In this document: positions 20,494-29,509 of the stretch, one piece after another
Layout of the letters: each line of letters starts with the position of its first letter
Position numbering within the stretch: position 1 is the stretch's first letter
Origin: an uncultured Candidatus Rokubacteria bacterium
GTDB taxonomy: Bacteria > Methylomirabilota > Methylomirabilia > Rokubacteriales > CSP1-6
Direction: 5' to 3'
Length of the DNA stretch: 64,000 nucleotides
NCBI GenBank assembly: GCA_963762145.1
Contig: CAVXJS010000021.1
Coordinates: 192,001-256,000, forward strand
The notes under the pieces: generated by a model
Database searches by the model: none
Seen by the model: the letters and a program-made list of their open reading frames with translations, nothing else
What the model was told of the DNA's origin: nothing
Translations under genes and position numbers: made by a program

Positions 20494-20582
20494 GTTGAGA
20501 TATTAGTCCATCCGCCCGGACGTGGTCAGGCAGGTAGAGCGGCAGGGCTGAGAGCTGGGCTTCCGGTGGGGCGCTTCGTCTT

Positions 20583-20598
20583 TGGTCCCCTTCTTGCT
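20583..20598 (+). promoter_or_regulatory. sigma54 promoter of minor pilin operon
   Basis: TGGTCC-CCTTC-TTGCT. Confidence 0.62.
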
Positions 20599-20614
20599 AT
20601 CTCACACCGTTGCC

Positions 20615-21121
20615 ATGCTCAGATACCTTTTGCCCAAGATGCGCGGACGGCGGTCCCAGGCCGGCTACTCGTTGATCGAGCTGGTGATCACGGTCGGCAT
20701 GATCCTGGTCGTCACGACATGGGCACTGCCCTCCTTCCTGAACTATCTCCGGAATGCCCGAGCCCAGGCCGGGGCACGGGTCGTGAGCGCGTATCTCAAC
20801 GAGGGCCGGCAGCTGGCGATCAAGTCGAACGGGCCGGTGTGCGTGGCCCATACGACGAGCACCTTGCAGTTCCGGACGACCACCTGCGGCGGAGCCGTGA
20901 TCTTCGCCCCCGGGCTCTCGGGCGCTGCGGGCAGCGTCAGGCTTCCGGACAACATCAGCCTGTCTTCGGCGGCAAGCGCGACCTTCGGGCAGCTCGGGAA
21001 CGCCACCACGGGAGCGACATACACCGTGACGGACGTCCCCAGCGGACGGACATTGAGGGTCATCGTCGCGCCCTCCGGCCGTGTCTGTCTCGCCTCCTCC
21101 ACCGCCACGGCTTGCCCCTAG
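20615..21121 (+). CDS. FimT/FimU-like minor pilin
   Basis: QAG|YSLIELVITV, ARVVSAYLNEGRQLAIK, C-terminal VAPSGRVC; start may be 20639. Confidence 0.82.
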   Translation: MLRYLLPKMRGRRSQAGYSLIELVITVGMILVVTTWALPSFLNYLRNARAQAGARVVSAYLNEGRQLAIKSNGPVCVAHTTSTLQFRTTTCGGAVIFAPGLSGAAGSVRLPDNISLSSAASATFGQLGNATTGATYTVTDVPSGRTLRVIVAPSGRVCLASSTATACP

Positions 21122-21131
21122 GTCAGCCCGC

Positions 21132-21566
21132 GTGCGGTCGCTCCTCGCGCAGGAGCACGGCTTGACGCTCGCAGAGATTCTCCTGGCGCTCGCCGTGCTC
21201 TCCATCGGACTCGTCGCCTTGATCTCCCTGCTCCCGCTCGCCGGCTTCGGCGTCCACGAAGGCGCCCACCGGTCCGGCGCAGCCTTTCTCGCCACCCAGC
21301 GCCTCGAGCAAATTCGCCTGGCAGTCGGCTCGGGGGCGAGTGTCATCGCGTTCGCCGACGAACCGTCGCTGTCCCCGCCGCACGGCGCCTTTGGCCGGGC
21401 GGTTCGCGTCCGGGACTGCGAGGTCGCTCCCGGATGCTCGGGCATCACGGCGGCCGGCGTCCGTCAGGTCACGGTCACCGTGACCTATCCGGCACCGGCA
21501 GGGCACGGTGCGGCGTCGGCTCTTCGCGGTGCGGTCACCGTCAGCACCTACATCGGGTCTCGCTGA
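21132..21566 (+). CDS. PilV-like minor pilin
   Basis: EHG|LTLAEILLALAVL, AFLATQRLEQIR, QVTVTVTY; GTG start inferred. Confidence 0.75.
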   Translation: MRSLLAQEHGLTLAEILLALAVLSIGLVALISLLPLAGFGVHEGAHRSGAAFLATQRLEQIRLAVGSGASVIAFADEPSLSPPHGAFGRAVRVRDCEVAPGCSGITAAGVRQVTVTVTYPAPAGHGAASALRGAVTVSTYIGSR

Positions 21567-21567
21567 G

Positions 21568-22728
21568 ATGACCGGCCATCAGGGTGGCGCCGTCCTGCCC
21601 GTCGCGATGCTGATTCTCGTGGTGCTCTCGGCCGTGCTGCTAGGTCTGTCGTTGCTCACTGGCCAGGAGCCGCTCATCGCGAGCAACCACGTCATGATCG
21701 TCCAGGCCCAGGCGCTGGCTGAAGCCGGCCTCGAGCGGGCGCTGTGGGCGCTCAGCAATCCCGAATCCATCGACGGGATCGCCTGGTCGGGGCCGGTCGC
21801 GGCCCCCTACGACGGCAACGCCTTCCTCGGCGTGGCGACTGAATCCGGCGTGATGCTTGGCGGCTTCCGCCTCACGGTCAGCGGCGAGGGTGATCGCCAG
21901 CGGGAGGTGGCCACCACCGGTCTGGTGCCCGGCGATGCCGGACCCCTGGGTCGGGCCCGGCAGGACATCACGGCCACCCTCATCCGCCTCCGATTCCCCG
22001 CTTCGCTGGCCGGGCTCACAGTGCGAGGCGATCTCGCGATCGGTGACGGCGTCACCGTCGACGCCAGCGCGGATGGCAGCTGCGGCGATCGCGCGGGAAC
22101 GTGGTCGTCGGGCGTGACCACCGCGGGAGCCGGAGCGCAGGTCCAGGGACGGAGCGGCGATGCGGCAATTCCGAACGAGCCGATCGACATGCAGCAGGCG
22201 CGGCCGGTCGAAGCCTTCGACGCCCTCGCCTTCAGCGCCGCCGAGCTGCAGGCGATGAAGGCCGTCGCGCGGGTGCGCGGCACCTACTATCAGGGCGCCG
22301 TGACGTTCGACACCTCACGGCGGATCCCGGACGGCGTGGTCTTCGTGGATACGGCCACCGGCCAGCCCATCACCGACGCGACGCCCGCCACCGATCTCGC
22401 GGCGGTCACCGTCGGCGAGGGCGCTGCCGGACCGGGCGGATCGTTCCGAGGCTGGCTCGTCGTGAACGGGAGCCTGTCCGTCGGTGGCGACGTCACGATC
22501 CAGGGCCTGGCCTACGCGGCTGACCGCTTCAGCCAGACCGGCGCGGCCCGCGTGATGGGCGCCGCGATGGCCGGGCACGTCCGGAGCACGGCGCCGAGTC
22601 TGGTCGATTCGCGCCCCGCCGGCGATGCCGCGCTGGTGTGGAGCTGCGAGGCGGGCCGGACCGGCGGAGGTCGCATCCCGCAGCGATGGATGGTGAAGCC
22701 GGGCAGTTACCGGGAAGTCGCCGGGTAG
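21568..22728 (+). CDS. PilX-like minor pilin with extended C-terminal beta-rich domain
   Basis: QGG|AVLPVAML lacking Glu5, AQALAEAGLERAL PilX signature. Confidence 0.75.
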   Translation: MTGHQGGAVLPVAMLILVVLSAVLLGLSLLTGQEPLIASNHVMIVQAQALAEAGLERALWALSNPESIDGIAWSGPVAAPYDGNAFLGVATESGVMLGGFRLTVSGEGDRQREVATTGLVPGDAGPLGRARQDITATLIRLRFPASLAGLTVRGDLAIGDGVTVDASADGSCGDRAGTWSSGVTTAGAGAQVQGRSGDAAIPNEPIDMQQARPVEAFDALAFSAAELQAMKAVARVRGTYYQGAVTFDTSRRIPDGVVFVDTATGQPITDATPATDLAAVTVGEGAAGPGGSFRGWLVVNGSLSVGGDVTIQGLAYAADRFSQTGAARVMGAAMAGHVRSTAPSLVDSRPAGDAALVWSCEAGRTGGGRIPQRWMVKPGSYREVAG

Positions 22729-22834
22729 ACGCCGGTTCCGGATGGAACGTACACCGATGATCGCAGAGCAAGGCGGAAGCCCCACCGGTCGGGGGCGGCG
22801 AAACGTGGAAACGCACGCCGTAGGGCAAGAAGTG

Positions 22835-22864
22835 TTGACAGTTTAAATACGGCACCGTTATAAA
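22835..22864 (+). promoter_or_regulatory. sigma70-type promoter of pilMNOPQ inside a long inverted repeat
   Basis: TTGACA (22835-22840), 18 nt, TATAAA (22859-22864). Confidence 0.65.
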
Positions 22865-22967
22865 CTGTCACCACGATAGCGTTTCCTTCCACAACGCACC
22901 GGGCTGACAGCTGATTCGCTTCTTCAGTGAAGTGGAGTCAGAGTCAGGAGAAGGCCGGGAGCCGAAT

Positions 22968-24029
22968 ATGGCGCTGTTTGGACTAGGCAAGAAGCCGACG
23001 ACATTTGGGCTCGACATCGGGACGAGCGCGATCAAGGTTGTAGAACTCGTCCAGAGCAAGGGCGGGCTCGCGCTCAAATCCTTCGCCACCGTCCCGCTTC
23101 CACGGGACGTCATCGCCGAGGGCACCATCCGGGAGCCTCAGGTGGTGACCGACGCGATCCGAGAATGCGTCGAGAAGGCGGGGATCACCGGGACGAGCAC
23201 GATCATCTCGGTGTCTGGACGCGAGGCGATCGTCAAGCGCGTTCCGCTTCCCAAGGTGACCGCGAAGGAGCTGGGAGACGCCATCCAGCTCGAGGCGGAG
23301 CACCATATCCCGTTCGCCATCGACGACGTTTTCCTCGACTACCAGGTGGTCAGCCAGTCGGCCAACGCCATGTCGGTGGTTCTGGTGGCAACCAAGAAGG
23401 TCAAGGTTCTCGAGTACGTAGCCGCGGTCGAGGCGGCCGGGTTGGACGCGGTGGTCGTCGACCTGGACGCGTTCGCGATGCAGAACCAGTTCGAGCTGAG
23501 CAGCGCCGGTGATGGGACCGACGCGGTCGCGCTCATCGACATCGGCGCGAGCGTCATGAAGACTAACGTCATCCAGGGCGGGGCCTGCATCTTCGCCCGC
23601 GACGTCCCGTTCGGAGGGAACAACTATACGGACGCCATCGCCCAGCGCCTGAGCGTCTCCGTCGAGATGGCGGAGGCGGCCAAGCAGGGGCGCGAGGTCG
23701 GCGTGAACTGGGACGATCTCGTTCCCGCCCTGGAGGCCGTCTCCCGGGAGCTGTCGCTCGAGGTCCAGCGGACCTTCGACTACTTCGCATCGACGGCGGA
23801 GTCCGAGAGAATCGGCAAGATCGTACTGTCAGGGGGCTGCGCGAAGCTGACCGGCCTCGACGACTTCCTGGGCTCGTCCTGGGGTGTCCCGGTCGAGCTC
23901 GCTCGACCGTTCCAGGGCATCGAGCACGACGCGGCCCAGTTCGCCGACGAGGATCCGGAGCAGATCGGCCCCGTGCTGGCGGTGGCGGTCGGACTCGCTC
24001 TTCGCCGCCCGGGAGACAAGCCCGCATGA
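22968..24029 (+). CDS. pilM: Type IV pilus assembly protein PilM
   Basis: GLDIGTSAIKVVEL, IPFAIDDVFLDY, ALIDIGAS, LSGGCAKL, VAVGLALR. Confidence 0.95.
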   Translation: MALFGLGKKPTTFGLDIGTSAIKVVELVQSKGGLALKSFATVPLPRDVIAEGTIREPQVVTDAIRECVEKAGITGTSTIISVSGREAIVKRVPLPKVTAKELGDAIQLEAEHHIPFAIDDVFLDYQVVSQSANAMSVVLVATKKVKVLEYVAAVEAAGLDAVVVDLDAFAMQNQFELSSAGDGTDAVALIDIGASVMKTNVIQGGACIFARDVPFGGNNYTDAIAQRLSVSVEMAEAAKQGREVGVNWDDLVPALEAVSRELSLEVQRTFDYFASTAESERIGKIVLSGGCAKLTGLDDFLGSSWGVPVELARPFQGIEHDAAQFADEDPEQIGPVLAVAVGLALRRPGDKPA

Positions 24030-24580
24030 TCAAGGTCAACCTCGCCCCTCCCACGACCAAGCGGCCGCGCCGAGCGGTCAGCAGTGGCGCCGAGCTCAAT
24101 CTCGGCCTGCTGTTTGGTGGGATCCTGGCCGTTCTCGTGCTGATCATCGGCGGTTGGTGGCTCAGCATGTCGCTGGAAAGCCGCCGGCTCACCGCCGAGA
24201 TCGAGACCAACCGGCGCGAGCTCGAGCGGCTCAAGCCCATCATCGCGGCCGGCCAGCGGTATCGCCGGGAGCGGGATGAGCTGGAGCGCCGGCTCAACGC
24301 CATCGAGACGGTGGCCCGCAATCAGGCCCGGCCGGTGTACCTCCTCGACGCCATGGCGGACACCCTGCCGCCCGATCTCTGGCTGACTCGTCTGGAAGAG
24401 CGGGGGCCGAGCCTGCGGATCGCGGGCACCACCTACTCGTCGGTCGCCCTCTCCGATTTCATGGCAAATCTGAAGGCGTCCGGGCGCTTCAAGGACGTGG
24501 ATCTCCTCGACGCCAAGCAAGACCTGAGCAAGTCACCTCGCACGATCACCTTCGAGGTGTCGTGCCGGTTCGAGATTTAG
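24026..24580 (+). CDS. pilN: Type IV pilus assembly protein PilN
   Basis: MIKVNLAP motif, TM, coiled coil, LPPDLWL; follows pilM. Confidence 0.9.
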   Translation: MIKVNLAPPTTKRPRRAVSSGAELNLGLLFGGILAVLVLIIGGWWLSMSLESRRLTAEIETNRRELERLKPIIAAGQRYRRERDELERRLNAIETVARNQARPVYLLDAMADTLPPDLWLTRLEERGPSLRIAGTTYSSVALSDFMANLKASGRFKDVDLLDAKQDLSKSPRTITFEVSCRFEI

Positions 24581-24584
24581 ACCC

Positions 24585-25193
24585 ATGGCCCTCCTGGATC
24601 CGATCACCAACGCTCCGAAGAACCAGAAGATCGCCCTGGGAGTCATGGCTTGCGTGATCGTCGCGGCCCTGGGCTATTTCCTGCTCCTCTCTCCCAAGCA
24701 GATCGAACGGGATGCCCTCCGGGCCCAGGGAGAGCAGGTGCGCGCCGAGCTGACCCAGGCGCAGGCGCTCGAAGCCAGCCTCCGCGGCTTCCGGGCGCAG
24801 GCCGAAGCCCTTCGCAAGCGCCTCGAGGCCGCCCAGGAGCGCCTGCCTACGGAGAAGGAGATGCCGGGGCTCTACCGGCAGATCTCGGACCTGGCGTTCC
24901 AGTCGGGTCTGGCGATGGCGGTGTTCACCCCCCGGACCCCGGAGGAGAAGGAGATCTTCTTCGACGTGCCGATCACCGTGAACGCCGAGGGCAGCTTCCA
25001 CCAGTTCGGCAACTTCCTGGCTCGAATGGGCAAGATGCCGCGGATCGTGACCCTGAACGACTGGCGGCTGCTCGGCATCGACCGGCCGACCGGAACGATC
25101 CGGGCGGAGGTCACGCTGATGACCTATATCTTCCGGCCGGAGGGAGCGCCGCCGCCCAAGCCGCAGCCGGGACAGCCGGGGGCAGGTCGATGA
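24585..25193 (+). CDS. pilO: Type IV pilus assembly protein PilO
   Basis: TM, coiled coil, RLPTEKEMPGL, GSFHQFGNFL, MPRIV. Confidence 0.92.
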   Translation: MALLDPITNAPKNQKIALGVMACVIVAALGYFLLLSPKQIERDALRAQGEQVRAELTQAQALEASLRGFRAQAEALRKRLEAAQERLPTEKEMPGLYRQISDLAFQSGLAMAVFTPRTPEEKEIFFDVPITVNAEGSFHQFGNFLARMGKMPRIVTLNDWRLLGIDRPTGTIRAEVTLMTYIFRPEGAPPPKPQPGQPGAGR

Positions 25194-25657
25194 AGCACGG
25201 CGCGTCGGGGCTGGTCGTCATGGTCGGTGTCGTGGCCGCGATGGCGGCGGGCTGCGGAGGCGGGACGCCTCCGCCACCGCCCACCGCCGTGGCACCGGCG
25301 GCACCCGCCGCCGCAGCGCCGGTGGTCCGACCCAAGGAACCGGAAACGAGCAAGGCCCTGCCGCCGATCGCATACGAGCCGAAGGGGCGCCGCGATCCGT
25401 TCACCCCCATCTTCGTGGGGAAGGACAACGCGGGCCTCTCCGTCAGCGCGGTGAAACTCACCGGAGTCGTCGGAGGCGGAGGGGGGCTGATGGCCCTCGT
25501 CGAGGCTCCGGACGGAATCGGATACATCCTGAAGCCGGGCGACGCATTGGGCGATGGGCGCGTCACCGGCATCACGCCAACCTCGGTCACGTTCGCGGTG
25601 ACAGCTCGAGGCACGCAAGGTGCCTCCAGCCTGACGCTGCGGCTGCCCGAGAACTAG
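25190..25657 (+). CDS. pilP: Type IV pilus lipoprotein PilP
   Basis: Lipobox AAGC, YEPKGRRDPF, ALVEAPDG; between pilO and pilQ. Confidence 0.85.
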   Translation: MKHGASGLVVMVGVVAAMAAGCGGGTPPPPPTAVAPAAPAAAAPVVRPKEPETSKALPPIAYEPKGRRDPFTPIFVGKDNAGLSVSAVKLTGVVGGGGGLMALVEAPDGIGYILKPGDALGDGRVTGITPTSVTFAVTARGTQGASSLTLRLPEN

Positions 25658-25662
25658 ACGGA

Positions 25663-28287
25663 ATGAGGGGGGGGACTGACCTGATGAGAAGCGCGCGGAT
25701 AGCTGGTCTCGTCGTGGCGGTATCACTGGCGGTCACCGGAATCGGTTCGTCCCAGACGACCGACACGGCGGTCCAGCTCAAGGACGTCACCATCGAGCGA
25801 GCGTTCGACGGAGCCGCGGTCACGGTCAAGACCTCCGGACCGAGTCAGTACGAGGCGAAGCTCATCGACTCTCCCACCCGACTCGTCATCGACATCTCCG
25901 GAGCGACGTACAGCTCCTCCAAGTCGCGCTGGATGTCCGGTGTCGACCCGATCAAGGAAGTCCGCGCCAGCCAGTGGCGCAAGGGCGTGGCCCGCGTGGT
26001 CGTGGAAATGAACCGCAACGATGTCGCCTACCGCATCGATGAGACGCCGGACGGGCTGGTCGTCGCGGTGGAGAACTCGAACGGGCAGTCCCCGGAGACC
26101 AAGCTCGAGTCGGCGAAGGTCACCAACGGCGTGTCGGACACGGCGAAGATCGCCCCCAAGCCGGCGGTGGTGGCCACCGTGAAGCCGGCCGAGAAGATCG
26201 CTCCGGCCAGCGTCGTCGTGACCGACTCGTCAACGGACGCGGTCAAGGCCACCCCCACGCCAACCGTCGTCGCCGCCGTCGAGACACCCAAGGCCGCTCC
26301 CAAGCCAGCCGTCGTCGACATCGTCGAGACGCCCAAGGCTGCTCCCAAGCCCGTGGTGGTTGCCGTCGCGAAGCCCGCGGACAAGCCCGTAGATAAGCCC
26401 GCGCCGGCGGTAGCCCCGGTCATCCCGACGCCCGCGCGCAAGGAGCCGCCCGCCTCCGCGGTGGCCGCGGCGCCGGCAGCAGTCCCGGCCAGCCAGATGC
26501 TCGCACAGACGACCACGATCCCGGCTCCGGTCGCTCCGGCCCGCCAGATGGTGGCCCAGGCGACGACCCCTCCGCCACCTCCGCCGCCGGCTCCCTCGAC
26601 GCCCGCGTCCGGTGAGAAGCTGATCTCCCTGGATTTCAAGGACGCCGACGTGGTGAACCTGCTGCGGATCCTGGCCGCGGAGAGCGGCCGGAACATCGTG
26701 GCCGGTGACGACGTCAAGGGGCGTGTGTCCATCTCGCTGAAGAACGTGACGTGGGAGCAGGCGCTGGATACGATCCTCGAGGTGCGTGGCCTCGCCAAGG
26801 TGGAGCGCGACGGCGTGATCCGCATCGTCTCGCTCGAACAGCTCACGAAGGAAAAGGAAGCCCTCTCGCGCGTCGAGGCGGCCAAGCGAAACGCCGAGAT
26901 CGAGACGCGCACCAAGATGGCCGAGGCGCAGCTCAAGGAGACGGAGCTCGCGACCCGCAAGCTGGCCGCGGACGCGGCGGCCGCCGAGGCGCAGGCTCGT
27001 GGTCCGCTCCGCGAGGAGGTCATCCGGCTGTCCTACGCCGACCCGCTCGAGGTCGCTCTGACCCTGCAGGGTATCCTCGGCATCCCGCCGGAGGGCGTGC
27101 AGGTACCCGCGACCCCGCTCGTGCAGGGCGTGCCGGCCGACCCGAGCGTGGTCCCATCCGGCTCGGGGGCGCCGCTCAACCCGGCGCTGGGCCGACTGCC
27201 GCAGATCAACTCGCCGTTTCCGCCGCCGGTACAGCCGCCGGTGCAGTCGGTCAGCCAGGACGTGCTGGCCAAGGGCATCACGGTCAGGGCCAACAAGGCG
27301 ACGAACAGCATCTTCATCCGCCACTACGAAGCCGACCTCGAGCGCCTGAAGAAGCTCATCCGGGAGCAGCTCGACGTGCCGCTTCCCCAGATCAAGATCG
27401 AAGCGCGGATGGAGATCCTGGATCGAACGTCGCTCGAAGCGATCGGCGTCCAGTGGGGTGGGGCGGTAGCCGGCAGCGGGCCCGGCGGCAATACGCTGAT
27501 CGGCCAGGGGTTCAGCAGTGCGACCGACCTCACCCGGACCGGAACCGGCGTGAGCAACATAAGCCCCTCGAACCCCAACCTGAACTTGAGCCAGCTCCTG
27601 CCGATCAGCCCGACCGGCAACGGCCTGCCGACCGGCGGTAACCTGGTGAACCTGCCGTTCGGCCTGCTGCCGAACGCCGGCACCAACCCGGCCGGTGGCA
27701 TCGCGTTCGGGATCGTCGGGACCAAGTTCAACATCAACCTGGCGCTTCAGGCCCTGGCCACCCTCGGGAAGACCCGCACGCTCGCGCACCCCGAGATCGT
27801 CACGGTGGAGAACAACAAGGCGGCCTTCACGCTCGGTGAAGAGATCCCGTACGCCACCGTCAGCTCCGCCGGCACCCAGGTTCAGTTCAAGGAGGCGGTG
27901 CTGAAGCTCGAGGTGACTCCGACCGTGATCCGTGAGAGGATCGACGGCCAGGAGATTCGCAAGGTCAAGATGACGGTTATCGTGGAGAACAACTCGCGGG
28001 GTGACGTGATCTCCCCGGCCGTCGGCGTACAGGTGCCGATCATCAACCGGCGCAAGGCGGAGACGCAGGTCCTCGTCCGGGAGGGCGACCGGCTCGTCAT
28101 CGGCGGCGTCACCCAGAACGTCCAGCAGAAGACCGTGCGCAAGGTGCCGCTCATGGGCGACGTGCCGATCCTGGGCTGGCTGTTCAAGCAGCGTGAGGAC
28201 TTCGAGACGGGACGCGAGCTGGTGGTCTTCATGACCCCTTCCATCCTGAAGACTGACGGCGGGCCTGCCGCGGCCCCCGGAAGGTAG
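25663..28287 (+). CDS. pilQ: Type IV pilus secretin PilQ (AMIN domain, Pro/Ala/Lys-rich linker, secretin)
   Basis: RLVIDI AMIN, ISLDFKDADV N0, QIKIEAR, KVPLMGDVPILGWLFK, ELVVFMTP. Confidence 0.93.
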   Translation: MRGGTDLMRSARIAGLVVAVSLAVTGIGSSQTTDTAVQLKDVTIERAFDGAAVTVKTSGPSQYEAKLIDSPTRLVIDISGATYSSSKSRWMSGVDPIKEVRASQWRKGVARVVVEMNRNDVAYRIDETPDGLVVAVENSNGQSPETKLESAKVTNGVSDTAKIAPKPAVVATVKPAEKIAPASVVVTDSSTDAVKATPTPTVVAAVETPKAAPKPAVVDIVETPKAAPKPVVVAVAKPADKPVDKPAPAVAPVIPTPARKEPPASAVAAAPAAVPASQMLAQTTTIPAPVAPARQMVAQATTPPPPPPPAPSTPASGEKLISLDFKDADVVNLLRILAAESGRNIVAGDDVKGRVSISLKNVTWEQALDTILEVRGLAKVERDGVIRIVSLEQLTKEKEALSRVEAAKRNAEIETRTKMAEAQLKETELATRKLAADAAAAEAQARGPLREEVIRLSYADPLEVALTLQGILGIPPEGVQVPATPLVQGVPADPSVVPSGSGAPLNPALGRLPQINSPFPPPVQPPVQSVSQDVLAKGITVRANKATNSIFIRHYEADLERLKKLIREQLDVPLPQIKIEARMEILDRTSLEAIGVQWGGAVAGSGPGGNTLIGQGFSSATDLTRTGTGVSNISPSNPNLNLSQLLPISPTGNGLPTGGNLVNLPFGLLPNAGTNPAGGIAFGIVGTKFNINLALQALATLGKTRTLAHPEIVTVENNKAAFTLGEEIPYATVSSAGTQVQFKEAVLKLEVTPTVIRERIDGQEIRKVKMTVIVENNSRGDVISPAVGVQVPIINRRKAETQVLVREGDRLVIGGVTQNVQQKTVRKVPLMGDVPILGWLFKQREDFETGRELVVFMTPSILKTDGGPAAAPGR

Positions 28288-29460
28288 GTGGGCGGGCGGC
28301 TGCGCTTCCTTACCGCCGGCGAGTCCCACGGTGAGGCGCTGACCGCCGTCATCGACGGACTTCCGGCGGGTCTGGCCCTGACCGAAGCCGATATCAACGC
28401 CGACCTGGCCCGCCGCCAGCGGGGCTACGGCCGCGGCGGCCGGATGAAGATCGAGCGGGACCAGGCCCACATCTCCGCCGGAGTGAGATGGGGCCTCACC
28501 CTCGGCAGCCCGCTCACCCTGACCATCCGCAACCGGGACTGGGAAAACTGGCAGCAGACGATGTCGGTCGGGCTGCCTCCAGAGGGCGCCGTCCCAAAGA
28601 TGATCACCCGCCCACGCCCGGGGCATGCCGACCTCGCGGGGGCCATGAAGTACGGTCACCATGACATCCGCAACGTGCTCGAGCGCTCGAGCGCCCGCGA
28701 GACGACGGCTCGGGTCGCGGTGGCCGGGGTCGCCAAGCGATTGCTGGGCGAATTCGGCATCACGATCCTGAGCCACGTCACGGAGATCGGCGGGATCCGG
28801 ATCGGCCCGCTCGAGGTCTCGTGGGATGAGGTCCAGCGGCGTGCGGAGGCCAGCGAGGTCCGCTGCGCGGATCCGGGCGCCGAGGCCACCATGATCGAGG
28901 CCATCGACCGGGCCAAGGCAGCCGGCGATACCCTCGGAGGTGTGTTCGAGGTGGTTGCGCTGGGATGCCCGGTCGGCCTGGGCTCCTACGTGCAGTGGGA
29001 CCGGAAGCTCGATGGGCAGCTCGCCCGCGCGTTCTGCTCGATCCACGCGATCAAGGGAGCCGAGATCGGGCTCGGATTCGAGGCTGCGCGCCGCCCAGGA
29101 TCCCAGGTTCACGACGAGATCCTCTTCGACAAGGAGGCCGGCTTCCACCGCGGCTCCAACAGCGCGGGAGGGCTCGAGGGTGGGGTGACCAACGGCCAGC
29201 CGGTGGTCGTCCGTGCGGCCATGAAGCCGATATCGACCCTGCGCAAACCCCTCCGCTCGGTGGATCTCGATACCCGCGAAGCCGTGGAGGCGGTCGTGGA
29301 GCGCAGTGACGTCTGCGCGGTACCCGCCGCGGGGGTCGTGGGCGAGGCCATGATGGCCATCGTCCTGGCCGAGGCGTTCGTCGAGAAGTTCGGCGGGGAC
29401 AGCGTGGACGAGATTCGCCGCAACTATCAGGGATACCTGGACTACCTCAAAGACTGGTAG
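28288..29460 (+). CDS. aroC: Chorismate synthase
   Basis: [47 protein letters not shown]. Confidence 0.97.
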   Translation: MGGRLRFLTAGESHGEALTAVIDGLPAGLALTEADINADLARRQRGYGRGGRMKIERDQAHISAGVRWGLTLGSPLTLTIRNRDWENWQQTMSVGLPPEGAVPKMITRPRPGHADLAGAMKYGHHDIRNVLERSSARETTARVAVAGVAKRLLGEFGITILSHVTEIGGIRIGPLEVSWDEVQRRAEASEVRCADPGAEATMIEAIDRAKAAGDTLGGVFEVVALGCPVGLGSYVQWDRKLDGQLARAFCSIHAIKGAEIGLGFEAARRPGSQVHDEILFDKEAGFHRGSNSAGGLEGGVTNGQPVVVRAAMKPISTLRKPLRSVDLDTREAVEAVVERSDVCAVPAAGVVGEAMMAIVLAEAFVEKFGGDSVDEIRRNYQGYLDYLKDW

Positions 29461-29509
29461 GCTTGCCCCTGGCTTCTGTCAGCCGCAGGGGCTTCTGAGC
29501 TCGAAGACC

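Noticed and set aside
22740-22830. Possible c-di-GMP riboswitch before pilM (GC-rich hairpins with GAAA)
   Set aside because: Could not match the GEMM consensus by eye and it lies upstream of the predicted promoter; an Rfam/Infernal search would settle it
26278-26367. CRISPR-like short repeats
   Set aside because: In-frame coding repeats within pilQ, no unique spacers, no cas genes
26230-29148. 972-aa minus-strand ORF and similar long antisense ORFs (5171..7414, 33791..35920, 37826..39451, 61193..63034)
   Set aside because: Shadow frames of well-supported genes; high GC suppresses stop codons; no recognisable motifs
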